Assembly (NCBI GenBank): GCA_001600695.1
Contig: BCKQ01000017.1
Coordinates: 1 to 64,000 of the forward strand
Direction of reading: 5' to 3'
Length of the DNA stretch: 64,000 nucleotides
Source: Ascoidea asiatica JCM 7603
Taxonomy: Eukaryota; Fungi; Ascomycota
The notes under the pieces are model-generated. The model was not told where the DNA came from. It worked only from the letters and a program-made list of their open reading frames with translations, and did no database searches. Shown here one piece after another: positions 1 through 11,196 of the stretch; position 1 is the stretch's first letter; each line of letters begins with the position of its first letter. The position numbers were made by a program, and so were the translations under genes.

Positions 1-1201
1 TATTTGAGAAATTATTATAAATTTTTGAATTAGGTATTAAAAAAGGAAATGTAGTTGAAGTTGTTGAAATTGGAGTATTAATAGAAGTTGAATTTAAAGG
101 TAAAATATTTTTTTCAAAAGAATCATTAACAAAAGAAGATCTTCTAATTGGATTATTTCTTGAAGCAGATAAATATAAAAATAAAACTCTTTTTCTTTTT
201 TTATTATAAATAAAATAATGATTTAACCAAAGTAAACCAGGATTATCAGATAAAAAAGTATTATTAATATTATGAGTAAAGATTATTGAATCATTAAAAT
301 TTATATGATTATTAATTGTATCCCAAATCCATTGTTTTGGAGATTTACCTAAAGATATTAAAATATTATCAAATTTTGATCTTAATTGAATTTTTGAAAT
401 TTTTTTAAAATCATTTGGTTGTAAAAATGAAAAATCATGATCAGGATATGTTGTATTTAAAATTACAATTAAATTTGAAAAAGTTCTTCTTGAATTTTTA
501 AAATTTAAAGGACCAAAAATTGATTGATTTAATATTGATAATTCAATTGAATTATTTAAGTTATTATTAGCGGTAATAATATTATTATTATTATTGTTAT
601 TATTTATATTTATATTTATATTGGAATTAATTATATTATTAGTATTAATTGGTAAATTTGAAGTTGATAAAGATCTATCTTTTTTAATAATTTGATTTGA
701 ATTTGAAATTATTGAATTATTTATAATATTTTTTAAATTTGATTTTGATTTTGATTTTGATATTGGTATATTTGATATACTTGATCTTCTTTTTTTTTCA
801 ATAATATTATTTTTTTTATATATTCCGTTATTATTATTATTATTATTATTATTGTTATTATTATTATTATTATTATTACTATTTGTCTTGTATTTATTTA
901 TATTATTACTTGGTATATTACTTGGTATATTACTTGGTATATTACTTGGTATATTACTTGAAATATTATTGGATAAGTTAATATTGGAATCATTTAAAGT
1001 ATTTAAGTTATTTAAATAGGATATATGATAATTATCAGTTAAAATTGCAATATGATCATCAATTTTTTTATATAATTTTTTATCTGAATTTGAAGATTTT
1101 GTTGTAAATAAATCACAACCACCTTGTATATGACAATCAATTGTATCAAATCTTAAAGTTTGTGCAACTAATTCTAAATCAAATTCATCAATAAATTTCA
1201 T
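1..1201 (-). CDS. MAF1: RNA polymerase III repressor Maf1 (3' end beyond window)
   Basis: Manual translation from ATG at 1201: MKFIDEFDLELVAQTLRFDTIDCHIQGGCDLFTTK ... FGPLNFKNSRRTFSNLIVILNTTYPDHDFS ... LWLNHYFIYNKKRKRVLFLY (Maf1 A/B/C boxes). Frame appears open to the window edge; not in the ORF track. Confidence 0.93.
   Translation of the reverse strand, partial: MKFIDEFDLELVAQTLRFDTIDCHIQGGCDLFTTKSSNSDKKLYKKIDDHIAILTDNYHISYLNNLNTLNDSNINLSNNISSNIPSNIPSNIPSNIPSNNINKYKTNSNNNNNNNNNNNNNNNNNGIYKKNNIIEKKRRSSISNIPISKSKSKSNLKNIINNSIISNSNQIIKKDRSLSTSNLPINTNNIINSNINININNNNNNNNIITANNNLNNSIELSILNQSIFGPLNFKNSRRTFSNLIVILNTTYPDHDFSFLQPNDFKKISKIQLRSKFDNILISLGKSPKQWIWDTINNHINFNDSIIFTHNINNTFLSDNPGLLWLNHYFIYNKKRKRVLFLYLSASRNNPIRRSSFVNDSFEKNILPLNSTSINTPISTTSTTFPFLIPNSKIYNNFSN
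907..960. repeat. 12-bp tandem repeat (TACTTGGTATAT x~4.5) encoding SNIP repeats in the Maf1 linker
   Basis: Directly visible. Confidence 0.9.
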
Positions 1202-1913
1202 TTTAATTGATTTATTTTGTGATATGATATATGATATTTTATGAATTGGAGGTGATGTGATGCTTTAATGATTAAATGAGATTATATGAGAATGATTGAT
1301 ATTGATATATCTGGAGTTGATTGTATGAGATAGAGATAGATTATATAATATTATTATTATATCTATGCTCTGTTGAGTGTTTTCATTGCCAGGGAAGGAG
1401 GAGCTCCAGCGATAACTGTTAACTACTGTTAACTACTGTTAACTACTGTTAACTACTGTTATTATTGACTGTTGATAAGCACGCGTTCCCACTCAGTGCT
1501 GGAAGCGAGACAGACAGAAACAGAGACAGAAACAGAGACAGCTGATCTCTGATAACGGAAGCAGGCACGGGAGTAGCACGTGTTATTGTTTTATTTTATT
1601 CATTGGTGGCGGTGTCTGGCGGTGTCTGATATGTGGCAGTGCATGTGCTTCTTTGATTCAAAAGAAGGTCAAAAAAGAAGGTGTGGAGCTTCGTGGTGGG
1701 ATGGATCTAAACTGAGACTTGTCAATTAAAAGGTGAGTATATTGTGTACTTATTTCAATGACTTGTTTCTCATGAAGAAGAAGTGATACTCTAATTCCAA
1801 CATCAATGGATATAGATTATAGATTATAGATCATAGATCATAGATATTCAATATAACCTAGATATTTAATATCCTCATAATAATCAACCTACTATTTTGC
1901 TTTTAATCAAAAA

Positions 1914-2509
1914 ATGACTATATATTCATTATATATATTAAATAGAGCAGGAGGTTTAATTTATCAACAAGATTATAATCAAGGTTTATCAAGATTATCT
2001 GCAAATGATTATTTAGTATTAGCAGGTACAATTCATGGAGTTCATGCAATTGCTTCAAAAATTACTCCAAATTCTTTAAATTCTTTAAATTCTAATTCAA
2101 TTTCAAATCAATCAATTTCAAATCAATCAAATTCAATTCCAAGTACAAATAGAAGTTCAATAATTTCAAATTTAACAAATAATATTATTAATAATAATAA
2201 TAATGATACTGATATTAATATAAATCCTTCAAATTTAAATAATTCTTCTTTTAATCAACAACAAAATGATCAATTAAATAATTTCTTAAATAATTTTTCA
2301 AATTTAAATAATAATATTATAAATAATTCTTTTCTTTTAAATAATTATAATTACTCTAATAATAATAATAATAATACTATTACTATTACTAATAATAATA
2401 ATAATATTAATAATAATTTAAAATTAAATCCAATTACAAATTTAAATCCAATTTCAAATACAACAAATAATTTAAATTCAATTTCTCCAACTATTATTAA
2501 TGATACTTC

Positions 2510-2553
<44 letters not shown>

Positions 2554-2972
2554 GTTTAACTTTAAATTCAATAACAAATTTAAATTCTCAATCATCTTTA
2601 AATAATCCTTTACCAATTTATAATAATTCAAATAAATCTGGTTTAAATTCAATTGAAACAAATTTATTCTCAATGTTTATTTTTCAATCTTTAACAGGTA
2701 TAAAATTTATTTTAATAACTTCTCCAAATGGTATTATTCATTCAAATAATGAAATTATTAAAAATAATAATTCATTTTTAATAAATTTAAATAATTATAT
2801 ACCAAAAAAAGATTTAAATAAAAATTTAAATAATGCTGAATTTATTTTAAGAAAATTTTATATAATTTATTCAGATTATGTTATGAAAAATCCATTTTAT
2901 AGTTTAGATATGCCAATTCATTGTGATTTATTTGATTTAAAAATTAATAATATAATAAATTCATTCATTTAA
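1914..2972 (+). CDS. TRS23: TRAPP complex subunit Trs23 (sybindin family) with a long Asn-rich insertion
   Basis: IYSLYILNRAGGLIY, LSANDYLVLAGTIHGVHAI, FQSLTGIKF, YSDYVMKNPFYSLDMPIHCDLFD. Confidence 0.93.
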
Positions 2973-3042
2973 TATCTTTTTACTATTATATATATAAGAC
3001 TAGACTAAATTAAATTAAATTAAATTAAATTAAATTACTTAT

Positions 3043-4395
3043 TTAATTCTTCCAAAATGAATACAAAGATTTTTTATTTAAATTTGAACTTAATTTTTTA
3101 TAAAATTCCATTTCATTCCAACAATCTCTACCCCATTCACATCCTGCCATATTTATAACAAAATCTCTATCTTCTTTTTTATAAAAAAATTGTGGATCAT
3201 TAGAATTTTCACTACATGCACCTGGTGGAAATGCATTTAAAGTTTTTAAAGGTAAAAAACCAATTTTTTCTCTTATCCAACCTTGTGTTGAATATAAAGT
3301 TTCTAAAGAATCTTGTTCTTTATGTTCCCAATACATATGCATTTGTTCATAAAATGCTGGATCCCACCATAAATCTAATAATAATTCACTCCATTTTGAT
3401 TTTTTAATTAAAAATGAACCTAAATTAAATCCACCACAATCTTGAGTTATTAACATATCAATATTATTTAAAATTTCTTCATTATTTTTTTTATTATTTT
3501 TTTTATTCTCTTTTTCAATTTCATTTTCATTTTCATTTTCATTATAATAATCAACATATGGTATATCAATTGGTAAATTTAATGGATTAAAAGAATTATT
3601 TAAATTTCTATATGAAATTTGATTAATTTTTTTAAAAATATGATCTTCTAAAGATAAATTTGGTTCCATAATAAAAGTATGTAAATCTAACCACCAAAAC
3701 CATTGAGAATTTGGATATTGTCTCATTGATTGTTTTAAAATATCAACTTTTTCCCAGGATTCTCTCCATTCATGACTATACCTTTTTTTAATTGTCATAT
3801 CTTTTATTGTTAAACCATAATTATGTTTTTTAGCATAATTTTTTTTATTTTCAATTGAAGATCTTTCAACTGACCATTCTTGTTCACCTTTCCATTTTAA
3901 AACTCCACCACCTTCATTTGCAGCTAAAACTATAACTATTTTTGGATCTTTTTTTTTAAAAAAATTTAAATTTGAATTTAAATTTGAATTTAAATTTGAA
4001 TTTATTGGTAATGATAAATTTATATCAGTTAATAAATTAATTAAGAATATTAAAATAATTAATAATATAATTTTTTTATAAATTGAGATGAATTTTTTAA
4101 ATTTATTTAAAATTTTATAAAAATTTGAAAAAATTATAAATGAATTAAATGAAGTTGTTGAAAAAGTTGGATTATTATAATTTGCATTAATATAAGGATC
4201 ATCATTATTAAAATCATTTATATTATCTTTTTTATTTCTATTTATAATATCATTATCATTATCATTATCAGTTTCATTACTATTAATATTATTATTATTA
4301 TTATTATTATTATTAAATATTTCAGAATCAGATTCTGAATTACTTATATTTTCTATATCTTTATTATTAAATTTTCTTTTAGTTGTTTTACTCAT
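3043..4395 (-). CDS. MNN10: Golgi alpha-1,6-mannosyltransferase (GT34), Mnn10
   Basis: Type II TM segment; IVLAANEGGGVLKWK, RYSHEWRESWEKVD, WWLDL, HKEQD, FVINMAGCEWGRDCW. Confidence 0.93.
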   Translation of the reverse strand: MSKTTKRKFNNKDIENISNSESDSEIFNNNNNNNNNINSNETDNDNDNDIINRNKKDNINDFNNDDPYINANYNNPTFSTTSFNSFIIFSNFYKILNKFKKFISIYKKIILLIILIFLINLLTDINLSLPINSNLNSNLNSNLNFFKKKDPKIVIVLAANEGGGVLKWKGEQEWSVERSSIENKKNYAKKHNYGLTIKDMTIKKRYSHEWRESWEKVDILKQSMRQYPNSQWFWWLDLHTFIMEPNLSLEDHIFKKINQISYRNLNNSFNPLNLPIDIPYVDYYNENENENEIEKENKKNNKKNNEEILNNIDMLITQDCGGFNLGSFLIKKSKWSELLLDLWWDPAFYEQMHMYWEHKEQDSLETLYSTQGWIREKIGFLPLKTLNAFPPGACSENSNDPQFFYKKEDRDFVINMAGCEWGRDCWNEMEFYKKLSSNLNKKSLYSFWKN

Positions 4396-4910
4396 CTTTT
4401 TTTTATCTTTCTTTTCTTTTTTTTAAGAATATTGAAATAAATTTTGAATATTTTGAAATGAATTTAATTTATAAAAAAAGTTGATTGTTTATCTATTGGA
4501 AAATTGAAAACTAAGAAAAAAAGAAAACTAAGAAAAAAAGAAAAGTACAATATAAATATAAAAATGAATATGAAAAAAAAGAGTTGATCTTGTTTGAGTA
4601 AACTTTCGGATAATTTATTATTTGAATCAAGTTAAATAATCTATTATGAATTAAAGCCCAAAGAATATACGAATTATTTATAGAAATTTATACTTAAATA
4701 TATATTTAAAGATAAAAATAAATATGAATATGGAAAATGAATATTTCCATGAACAATGAAAGACTTGTCTAAAAAGCAAAAGCAAAAGCAAAAACAAAAA
4801 CAAAAGTGAAAGTGAAAGTGAAATAAAGCTTTAAAAGTTCTTAAAACTCAACCAAAATTCCAATAACGAAATAAGCTGCCTTGCTTCAGCTACTTCAGTT
4901 GCTGCGTGGC

Positions 4911-5069
4911 CAGGACAGAGACACCGCGGTCATAGCACAGGAAGAGGCGTTGAAGAGTCCGGGAATTTATTTAATTCAGTCCTGGATATCTAATGTTTAG
5001 GACAGTACATTTAGGACGGAATAGGGCACTTCTGGCTAATATACGGGACAACAACTCACAACTAGGACA
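4911..5069 (-). promoter_or_regulatory. Cluster of TAGGRCW (WGYCCTA) Tbf1-like motifs
   Basis: CAGGACA 4911, TAGGACA 4998, TAGGACG 5012, TAGGGCA 5022, CGGGACA 5044, TAGGACA 5063, all in the same orientation. Confidence 0.45.
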
Positions 5070-5300
5070 TGCGAAACTCAAAATCAAATTTTTATTTCTG
5101 AGCTCAATCACAGAGATGGTGAAGAAGAAGAAGGAGAAGGAGAAAAAGGAGAAGGAGAAAAAGAAGGTGGCAATGAAGATATAACTGAACAAAGAGTGTA
5201 CTGAAGAGTGTACTGAAGAGTGTAGGCGTTAATTCAATTGAATGTTGTTGGTTCCCTTAAGACTTGAAATACTAATCATACATAAAACACATTGATATAA

Positions 5301-6719
5301 ATGATAAAGTCTTTGAGAATAATAAAATGTTCAGTTGGTTCAAGGTCATTTCTTACTTATTCAAGTATAATCAAAGTAAATAGTAATAAAGTTCAATTGA
5401 GATTATTTTCAGAAGATTATTATAATCAAAATATAAGAAATAAAAAATCCAAAAGAAATAAATCAAATTATAATAATAAAAGATATAATGAAAACCAATA
5501 TTCAATTGAAGAAGAAGAAAATGAAAATGAAATTGAAAATGAAATTGAGAATAGAAAATATAAATATAAAAATTATAGAAAAAGTAGTAATATGAAAAGT
5601 ATAAATGGTTTAAGTTTATTTGATACTACTACTACAACTAATAGTAATGATAATTATTATTCAAATCAATTAAATCATTTAGAATATATAAATCAATTTG
5701 ATGAATTAGATGAATTTAATGAATTTAATGAATATGATGATTATAATCAATTTAAAGAATTTAAAAATCCAAATTTTACACCAGATTTTATAAACAAATT
5801 ACAAAAAGAACAAGAACAAGAAGAATATGAATCTAAATTTGAATTAGAAAATAATGAAAATAATGAAAATAATGAAAATTTAGAAAATTTTGAAAATAAA
5901 GAGAATACAAAGAATATAAACAATATAGAAAATATAGAAAATATAGAAATTATAAAAAAAAAAGAAGTTAAGTCAAATGAATCTGATAAAATTAAAGATT
6001 ATAATAATTCTATATTTAATAAAATTCTTCAAATTAAATTTGAAACTCCATTTAAGAAAAAAAAGATGCATAAAAAAAAAAATAATAATATTGAAGAAAA
6101 AATTGAAGATTCAATCTTAGATAATATTTTAAAAAAAATAGAATCTGTTATTTCAAATTCAATAAATTTTAAAAAAAATGAAGAAAAATCATTTGAAATT
6201 ATAAATTCAATTATTATTAGAGATAATTCAAATTTTAAAAAAGATAATAAAATTGAAGAAGAATTAAATAATGATGATGATCTTAAAAATATTTATTTAA
6301 GAGTTACAACTGATTTAAATAATAATATTAAAAATAATTCTAATTCATATACATTATCAAAAAATGATAAAATTGAATTTTTAACAAAACAAGAAGTTGA
6401 ATTAGAAAATAAAAAAGAACAAAATGATTTGTTAAAAAATAATAATATTAATGATATTAATAATAATTTAAAACCAATTTATCTTTTAAATAATGTTAGA
6501 TATATTAGTTTATCTAAATTTTTATCAAAAGTTTCAAATAATTTAATTGAATTAATTCAATTTAAAGATATAATTCATAGTCAAATAAATGCTGAGAAAT
6601 TAGAACAATATGAACAAGAGAAAAGAGATAAACAACTTCAGAAAAGCAAAAAGCATAAGAACCTCAAGCAGCAGAAGCAGCAGCAGAAGCAGCAACAGCA
6701 GCAGCAGAGGAGGCAGTAA
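5301..6719 (+). CDS. Hypothetical low-complexity protein, possible mitochondrial presequence
   Basis: 472-codon ORF. N-terminus is basic and Ser-rich, with no acidic residue until ...LRLFS; body is E/N/K-rich; C-terminus is poly-Q. No family recognised. Confidence 0.65.
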   Translation: MIKSLRIIKCSVGSRSFLTYSSIIKVNSNKVQLRLFSEDYYNQNIRNKKSKRNKSNYNNKRYNENQYSIEEEENENEIENEIENRKYKYKNYRKSSNMKSINGLSLFDTTTTTNSNDNYYSNQLNHLEYINQFDELDEFNEFNEYDDYNQFKEFKNPNFTPDFINKLQKEQEQEEYESKFELENNENNENNENLENFENKENTKNINNIENIENIEIIKKKEVKSNESDKIKDYNNSIFNKILQIKFETPFKKKKMHKKKNNNIEEKIEDSILDNILKKIESVISNSINFKKNEEKSFEIINSIIIRDNSNFKKDNKIEEELNNDDDLKNIYLRVTTDLNNNIKNNSNSYTLSKNDKIEFLTKQEVELENKKEQNDLLKNNNINDINNNLKPIYLLNNVRYISLSKFLSKVSNNLIELIQFKDIIHSQINAEKLEQYEQEKRDKQLQKSKKHKNLKQQKQQQKQQQQQQRRQ

Positions 6720-6782
6720 TGGAGACGGAATACGCTGGGCCGGATAACACATCCGCTGGCATGGATAGCCAGTTTTATTTTA

Positions 6783-6789
6783 TGAGTCA
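6783..6789. promoter_or_regulatory. Gcn4-type site TGAGTCA upstream of GGC1
   Basis: Perfect TGASTCA about 350 bp upstream of the ATG, inside a GC island. Confidence 0.5.
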
Positions 6790-7139
6790 ATCCGTATGAA
6801 CCCGGACGCGCGGTTCTGCAAATCCAATGAAAATCAGAAAAATCAAATTTCAAGCTCAAAAAGTAATAAATTACGAGAATTGGAAGATTTTGAGAAATAT
6901 GAAAATTTGAACCTCAATTACAAACATAATTACAGAATCAATTGTAACTTTAGATTCATATTACATTCATATCAGATTGATAAATAAATTGACATTATAT
7001 TATATACTTTATATTCTTATTCTTATTCATTCATTATAACTTACTTCCAGTTAAAAGTCAATATTACTTTGTTACTTTTAGTTATAACCAATCAAATATA
7101 TTATTTTTCATATTCATTAAAAATATTCATTTAAAAAAA

Positions 7140-8042
7140 ATGTCAACTAAAGATAAAAAACAATCTGGTTCTGCAAGAGTTTTAGGTTCAGCTTCTGCAG
7201 GAATTTGTGAAATTGCAGTTTTTCATCCTGTTGATACAATCTCAAAAAGATTAATGTCAAATCAATCAAAAGTTACAAATCTTTCAACTTTAAATAAAGT
7301 AATTTTTAAAGAACATTATTCAAAACCAATATCAAAAAGATTTTTTACTTTATTTCCAGGTTTAGGTTATGCTGCATGTTATAAAATTTTACAAAGAGTT
7401 TATAAATATGGTGGTCAACCTTTTGCAAATGAATTTTTAACTAAAAATTTTTCAAAATTTTATGAAGATAAATTTGGTAAAAAAACTGGTAAAGCTTTAA
7501 TGAGTGCAACTGCAGGTTCTTTAATTGGTATAGGTGAAGTTGCTTTATTACCTTTAGATGTTTTAAAAATTAAAAGACAAACAAATCCAGAATCTTTTAA
7601 AGGTAGAGGTTTCATCAAAATCTTATCTGATGAAGGTCTTAATTTATATCGTGGTTGGGGTTGGACAATGGCAAGAAATGCTCCTGGTTCATTTGCTTTA
7701 TTTGGTGGTAATGCTTTTGCAAAAGAATATATTTTTGGTTTAAAAGATTATTCTTCTGCAACTTGGACTCAAAATTTTGTTTGTTCAATATTTGGTGCTT
7801 CTTCTTCATTAATTGTTTCTGCTCCTTTAGATGTTATTAAAACTAGAATTCAAAATAAAAATTTTGAAAATCCAGAATCTGGTATTCAAATTTTAAAAAA
7901 TATGGCTAAAAATGAAGGTATTACTGCTTTCTTTAAAGGTTTAACTCCAAAATTATTAACAACTGGTCCAAAATTAGTTTTCTCTTTTGCTTTAGCTCAA
8001 ACTTTAATTCCAGCTTTTGATAATTTATTAACAAAAAAATAA
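7140..8042 (+). CDS. GGC1: Mitochondrial GTP/GDP carrier
   Basis: KKQSGSARVLGSASAGICEIAVFHPVDT, PLDVLKIKRQTNPE, TMARNAPGSFALFGG, PLDVIKTRIQ; three mitochondrial carrier repeats. Confidence 0.96.
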   Translation: MSTKDKKQSGSARVLGSASAGICEIAVFHPVDTISKRLMSNQSKVTNLSTLNKVIFKEHYSKPISKRFFTLFPGLGYAACYKILQRVYKYGGQPFANEFLTKNFSKFYEDKFGKKTGKALMSATAGSLIGIGEVALLPLDVLKIKRQTNPESFKGRGFIKILSDEGLNLYRGWGWTMARNAPGSFALFGGNAFAKEYIFGLKDYSSATWTQNFVCSIFGASSSLIVSAPLDVIKTRIQNKNFENPESGIQILKNMAKNEGITAFFKGLTPKLLTTGPKLVFSFALAQTLIPAFDNLLTKK

Positions 8043-8430
8043 TTATAAAACATTTATTTAAATAATAATTAACTATTACCTTGTAAATACTAATAATAAT
8101 TATATATATATAATATTATATAAATTTAATGTCAACTAAACTTTTTATTTCTATTTTCATTTTTATTTAATATGTTCATTTATTCTAATTAGATAAAAAA
8201 AAAAAAAAAAAATTAAAAAAAAATTATAAATTATACATACTATTATCTATTGCACATTCATAATTATGTTACAATGAATTGAAAATTCATGACGATTTCT
8301 TAAAATGCATTTTTATTGAATTCATTTTCTATAGTTGAATTTTCAACTCTATTAAAAACTGTAATCAAAAAGGAATAAAAAAAAAAGACAAAAAGAAAAG
8401 ATTAGATGATTAATCAATAATTTTCATTTA

Positions 8431-11196
8431 TTAATGGTTTACTAATCTTCGTTGATCATTATTTTCTGAGGATGAATCATTATCTGAATCATTATCTGAT
8501 TCCAATTCTGGATTAAATGGATTATCATTATTGTTGATATTATCATTATTATTCGAAACATTAGTTTCTGTTATATCCGGCTGCTGACTTTCAAGATCTC
8601 TGATATTATCATCTATTGAAGAATTTATTGATAAATTACTCAAGCTTAAACTATCACTTTCTCTATTATCTTCACTATCATAATCTTCTGGTCTTATTAA
8701 TTCAAATTCAAATTCTTCTCCTCTACGTCTATGAGGTCTTCTATTTGCTACAGCTTTAAAATAAAATAAACAAGCCAAGAAACTAACAACAATTAAAAAG
8801 AAAAAATATGCTCCATAATGACTATCTGGATTATGAAGATATTGTCCTTCTTCTGGTTCTTGTTCACCATTTTCGGATTTATTTTCAGTTGGAAGTGATG
8901 ATGACATTATTGTGGAAGTTGTAGAGCTTATTGAAGTTGTAGATGTTAATGAAGTAGAAATTGAATCAATTAAAGAAGCAGTATTATCAATTTCACTTGT
9001 ACTTATTGATAATTCAGAACTTAATGAAGTTGTAGATTCTATTAAAGATGATAAAATAATTTCTTCTTCTTCTTCTTCTTCTTCTTCTTCACCAGGTAAT
9101 GGAAATCTTTTAGCTTTAGAAGAATCGATACTTTCACCAAAAAATTTTAATCTCCAATTAATAAATTTAGCATCATTATTTTCATCATTATTAATAATTT
9201 GTAATTTCCATTCACCTTCACCAGTTTCATTCCAATGAGCAACAGACATAAAAGTCCAATCCACAAAACCATCTTTTGAAATATCATATCTTCTTTGTAC
9301 AGCTAATTTAGATGTAATATTATTTGGAGAAATTAAATTTACTTCAATTGTACCTCTATTTTTTGAAGATAAATTTATAGTTACAGTTACATGTTCAATA
9401 TGTTCAAAATTTGAATTATTTAAATCTAAACGATTTATATCAATTGAATATGAATAAATATTTGGAATTTCATTAGTTTTTTTTAATAATTTTTCATTAG
9501 TTATTAAAATTGGAGTATAAAACCAAGCTTGAGGTTTAACATTTTTCCAATTTTTAGCCATATGAACAATTGTATAAGCATCAATTTTTCCATATCCATA
9601 TCTATGAGAAAAATTTTTTTTTTCAGGTAATGTAAGTAATGAATCTTCAGAATAACAATCACGTTTATTAATCATAGTTTTTTGCCAATCACCATCATTA
9701 TCATTAATTTCAATAGAAGATAAAATTGAAAGATATTGAAGATCTCTCCAAGTTAAATCAGGATTTGCTTGTAAAACTAAAGAATAAATTCCTGCAGCTA
9801 AAGGAGCAGCAGCAGAAGTACCACCATGAGTATCACTACATTTATTATTAATATCAGTTGTATGAATATGTTCACCAGAACCAGAAGAATAAGTTACAGA
9901 TAAAACTGCAGAACAAGCTTCAGAATATGGAGGATGAATACCTTTATGATCAATAGCACCAATGGTAATAGAATAAATTGAATTAGTATAACCATCAAAA
10001 TTACAATTATCACCATTTAAACCACCATTACCACTTGCAAAAACATAAATAGAACCTTTTGAATTTCTACCATTAAGTATACCTTTAACCATAGCTTTTT
10101 TTACAACTAATTCAGGAGCTTGCATTGATTTACCATCATCAGGAGGACCCCAAGAACATGAATAAATATCATTAATATTTAAAGCATAAATTAAAGCAGC
10201 AGCTTCATCTTCAGCAGTAATTTCAGCAGATAAAATTCTAATTCCAGAAACTTTTGAATTATAAGCAACACCAATACCACAATAACCATTATTTTTTTGA
10301 GCAGCAATTTCAGCTGCACATCTTGTACCATGATAATCATCATTTAATTTAGGTAAAGGTAATTTTTGATTATCATTAAAATCATAAGAACCTTGTATTG
10401 AGAATGAATTTTTTAAATCTTTTGAATTATAATCTAAACCATCATCTACAATTGCAGTTATAATTCCAGAACCTGTAATATTATCATACCATAAACCAGA
10501 AACATTAACATCATGATTTGGATAAGATGGATTAATTAAATGCCATTGTTTTAAAAAAGAAGGATCATTAATTTCTAAATCTGATTTAACTTTTAATATA
10601 GATTCCATTGAAGAATCATATTTTTGAGAATTAGAATTAGAATTAGAATTAGAATCTGTTTCAGGATTTGAAAAAGATATTGGAATTGGTAATCTTTTTT
10701 GTAATCTTTTTGGTTTTAAAGGATGAAAAGATTTTATATTATTATCATTTATAATTTGATTATAAAGTTTATTATTCTTTGATCTTTTTAAAAGTTTTAA
10801 ATTATTATTATTATTATTATTAATATTATTTTTTGATAAAATTTCATTATTATAATCATTTATAAAATCATTTGATTTATTATATGAAAATACATAAAAA
10901 TTATCTAAACCTCTAAAAGGATATTCGAATTGAAAAAAAGGATAATTTGAAATAAATTTTTTAATTATAGTATTTATTGTTGGAGATATATTTTGATTTG
11001 AAATTATTGTTGAAGGTATTTCAATTGCAATATAATTTCTATTATTGAAATCTTTTTTCCTTATTGTTGAGAAAATATTATTATTATTGTTATTATTGAA
11101 ATTATCAATATCCATTGCTAATATATTCAAGATCCAGCTTGAGATTATAATAAATGTTAATAGTATAGGCTGTCGAAATAAAGTAGATATTATCAT
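8431..11196 (-). CDS. KEX2: Kexin, subtilisin-like proprotein convertase
   Basis: Signal peptide, pro-domain KR|LPIP, catalytic VDDG, HGTRCAAE, SGNGG, GTSAAAP, P-domain, S/T-rich region, TM, acidic tail with FEFELI. Confidence 0.97.
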   Translation of the reverse strand: MIISTLFRQPILLTFIIISSWILNILAMDIDNFNNNNNNNIFSTIRKKDFNNRNYIAIEIPSTIISNQNISPTINTIIKKFISNYPFFQFEYPFRGLDNFYVFSYNKSNDFINDYNNEILSKNNINNNNNNNLKLLKRSKNNKLYNQIINDNNIKSFHPLKPKRLQKRLPIPISFSNPETDSNSNSNSNSQKYDSSMESILKVKSDLEINDPSFLKQWHLINPSYPNHDVNVSGLWYDNITGSGIITAIVDDGLDYNSKDLKNSFSIQGSYDFNDNQKLPLPKLNDDYHGTRCAAEIAAQKNNGYCGIGVAYNSKVSGIRILSAEITAEDEAAALIYALNINDIYSCSWGPPDDGKSMQAPELVVKKAMVKGILNGRNSKGSIYVFASGNGGLNGDNCNFDGYTNSIYSITIGAIDHKGIHPPYSEACSAVLSVTYSSGSGEHIHTTDINNKCSDTHGGTSAAAPLAAGIYSLVLQANPDLTWRDLQYLSILSSIEINDNDGDWQKTMINKRDCYSEDSLLTLPEKKNFSHRYGYGKIDAYTIVHMAKNWKNVKPQAWFYTPILITNEKLLKKTNEIPNIYSYSIDINRLDLNNSNFEHIEHVTVTINLSSKNRGTIEVNLISPNNITSKLAVQRRYDISKDGFVDWTFMSVAHWNETGEGEWKLQIINNDENNDAKFINWRLKFFGESIDSSKAKRFPLPGEEEEEEEEEEIILSSLIESTTSLSSELSISTSEIDNTASLIDSISTSLTSTTSISSTTSTIMSSSLPTENKSENGEQEPEEGQYLHNPDSHYGAYFFFLIVVSFLACLFYFKAVANRRPHRRRGEEFEFELIRPEDYDSEDNRESDSLSLSNLSINSSIDDNIRDLESQQPDITETNVSNNNDNINNNDNPFNPELESDNDSDNDSSSENNDQRRLVNH

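Noticed and set aside
4971-5192. Short ORFs on both strands
   Set aside because: Produced by stop-poor GA-rich promoter sequence; no recognisable protein.
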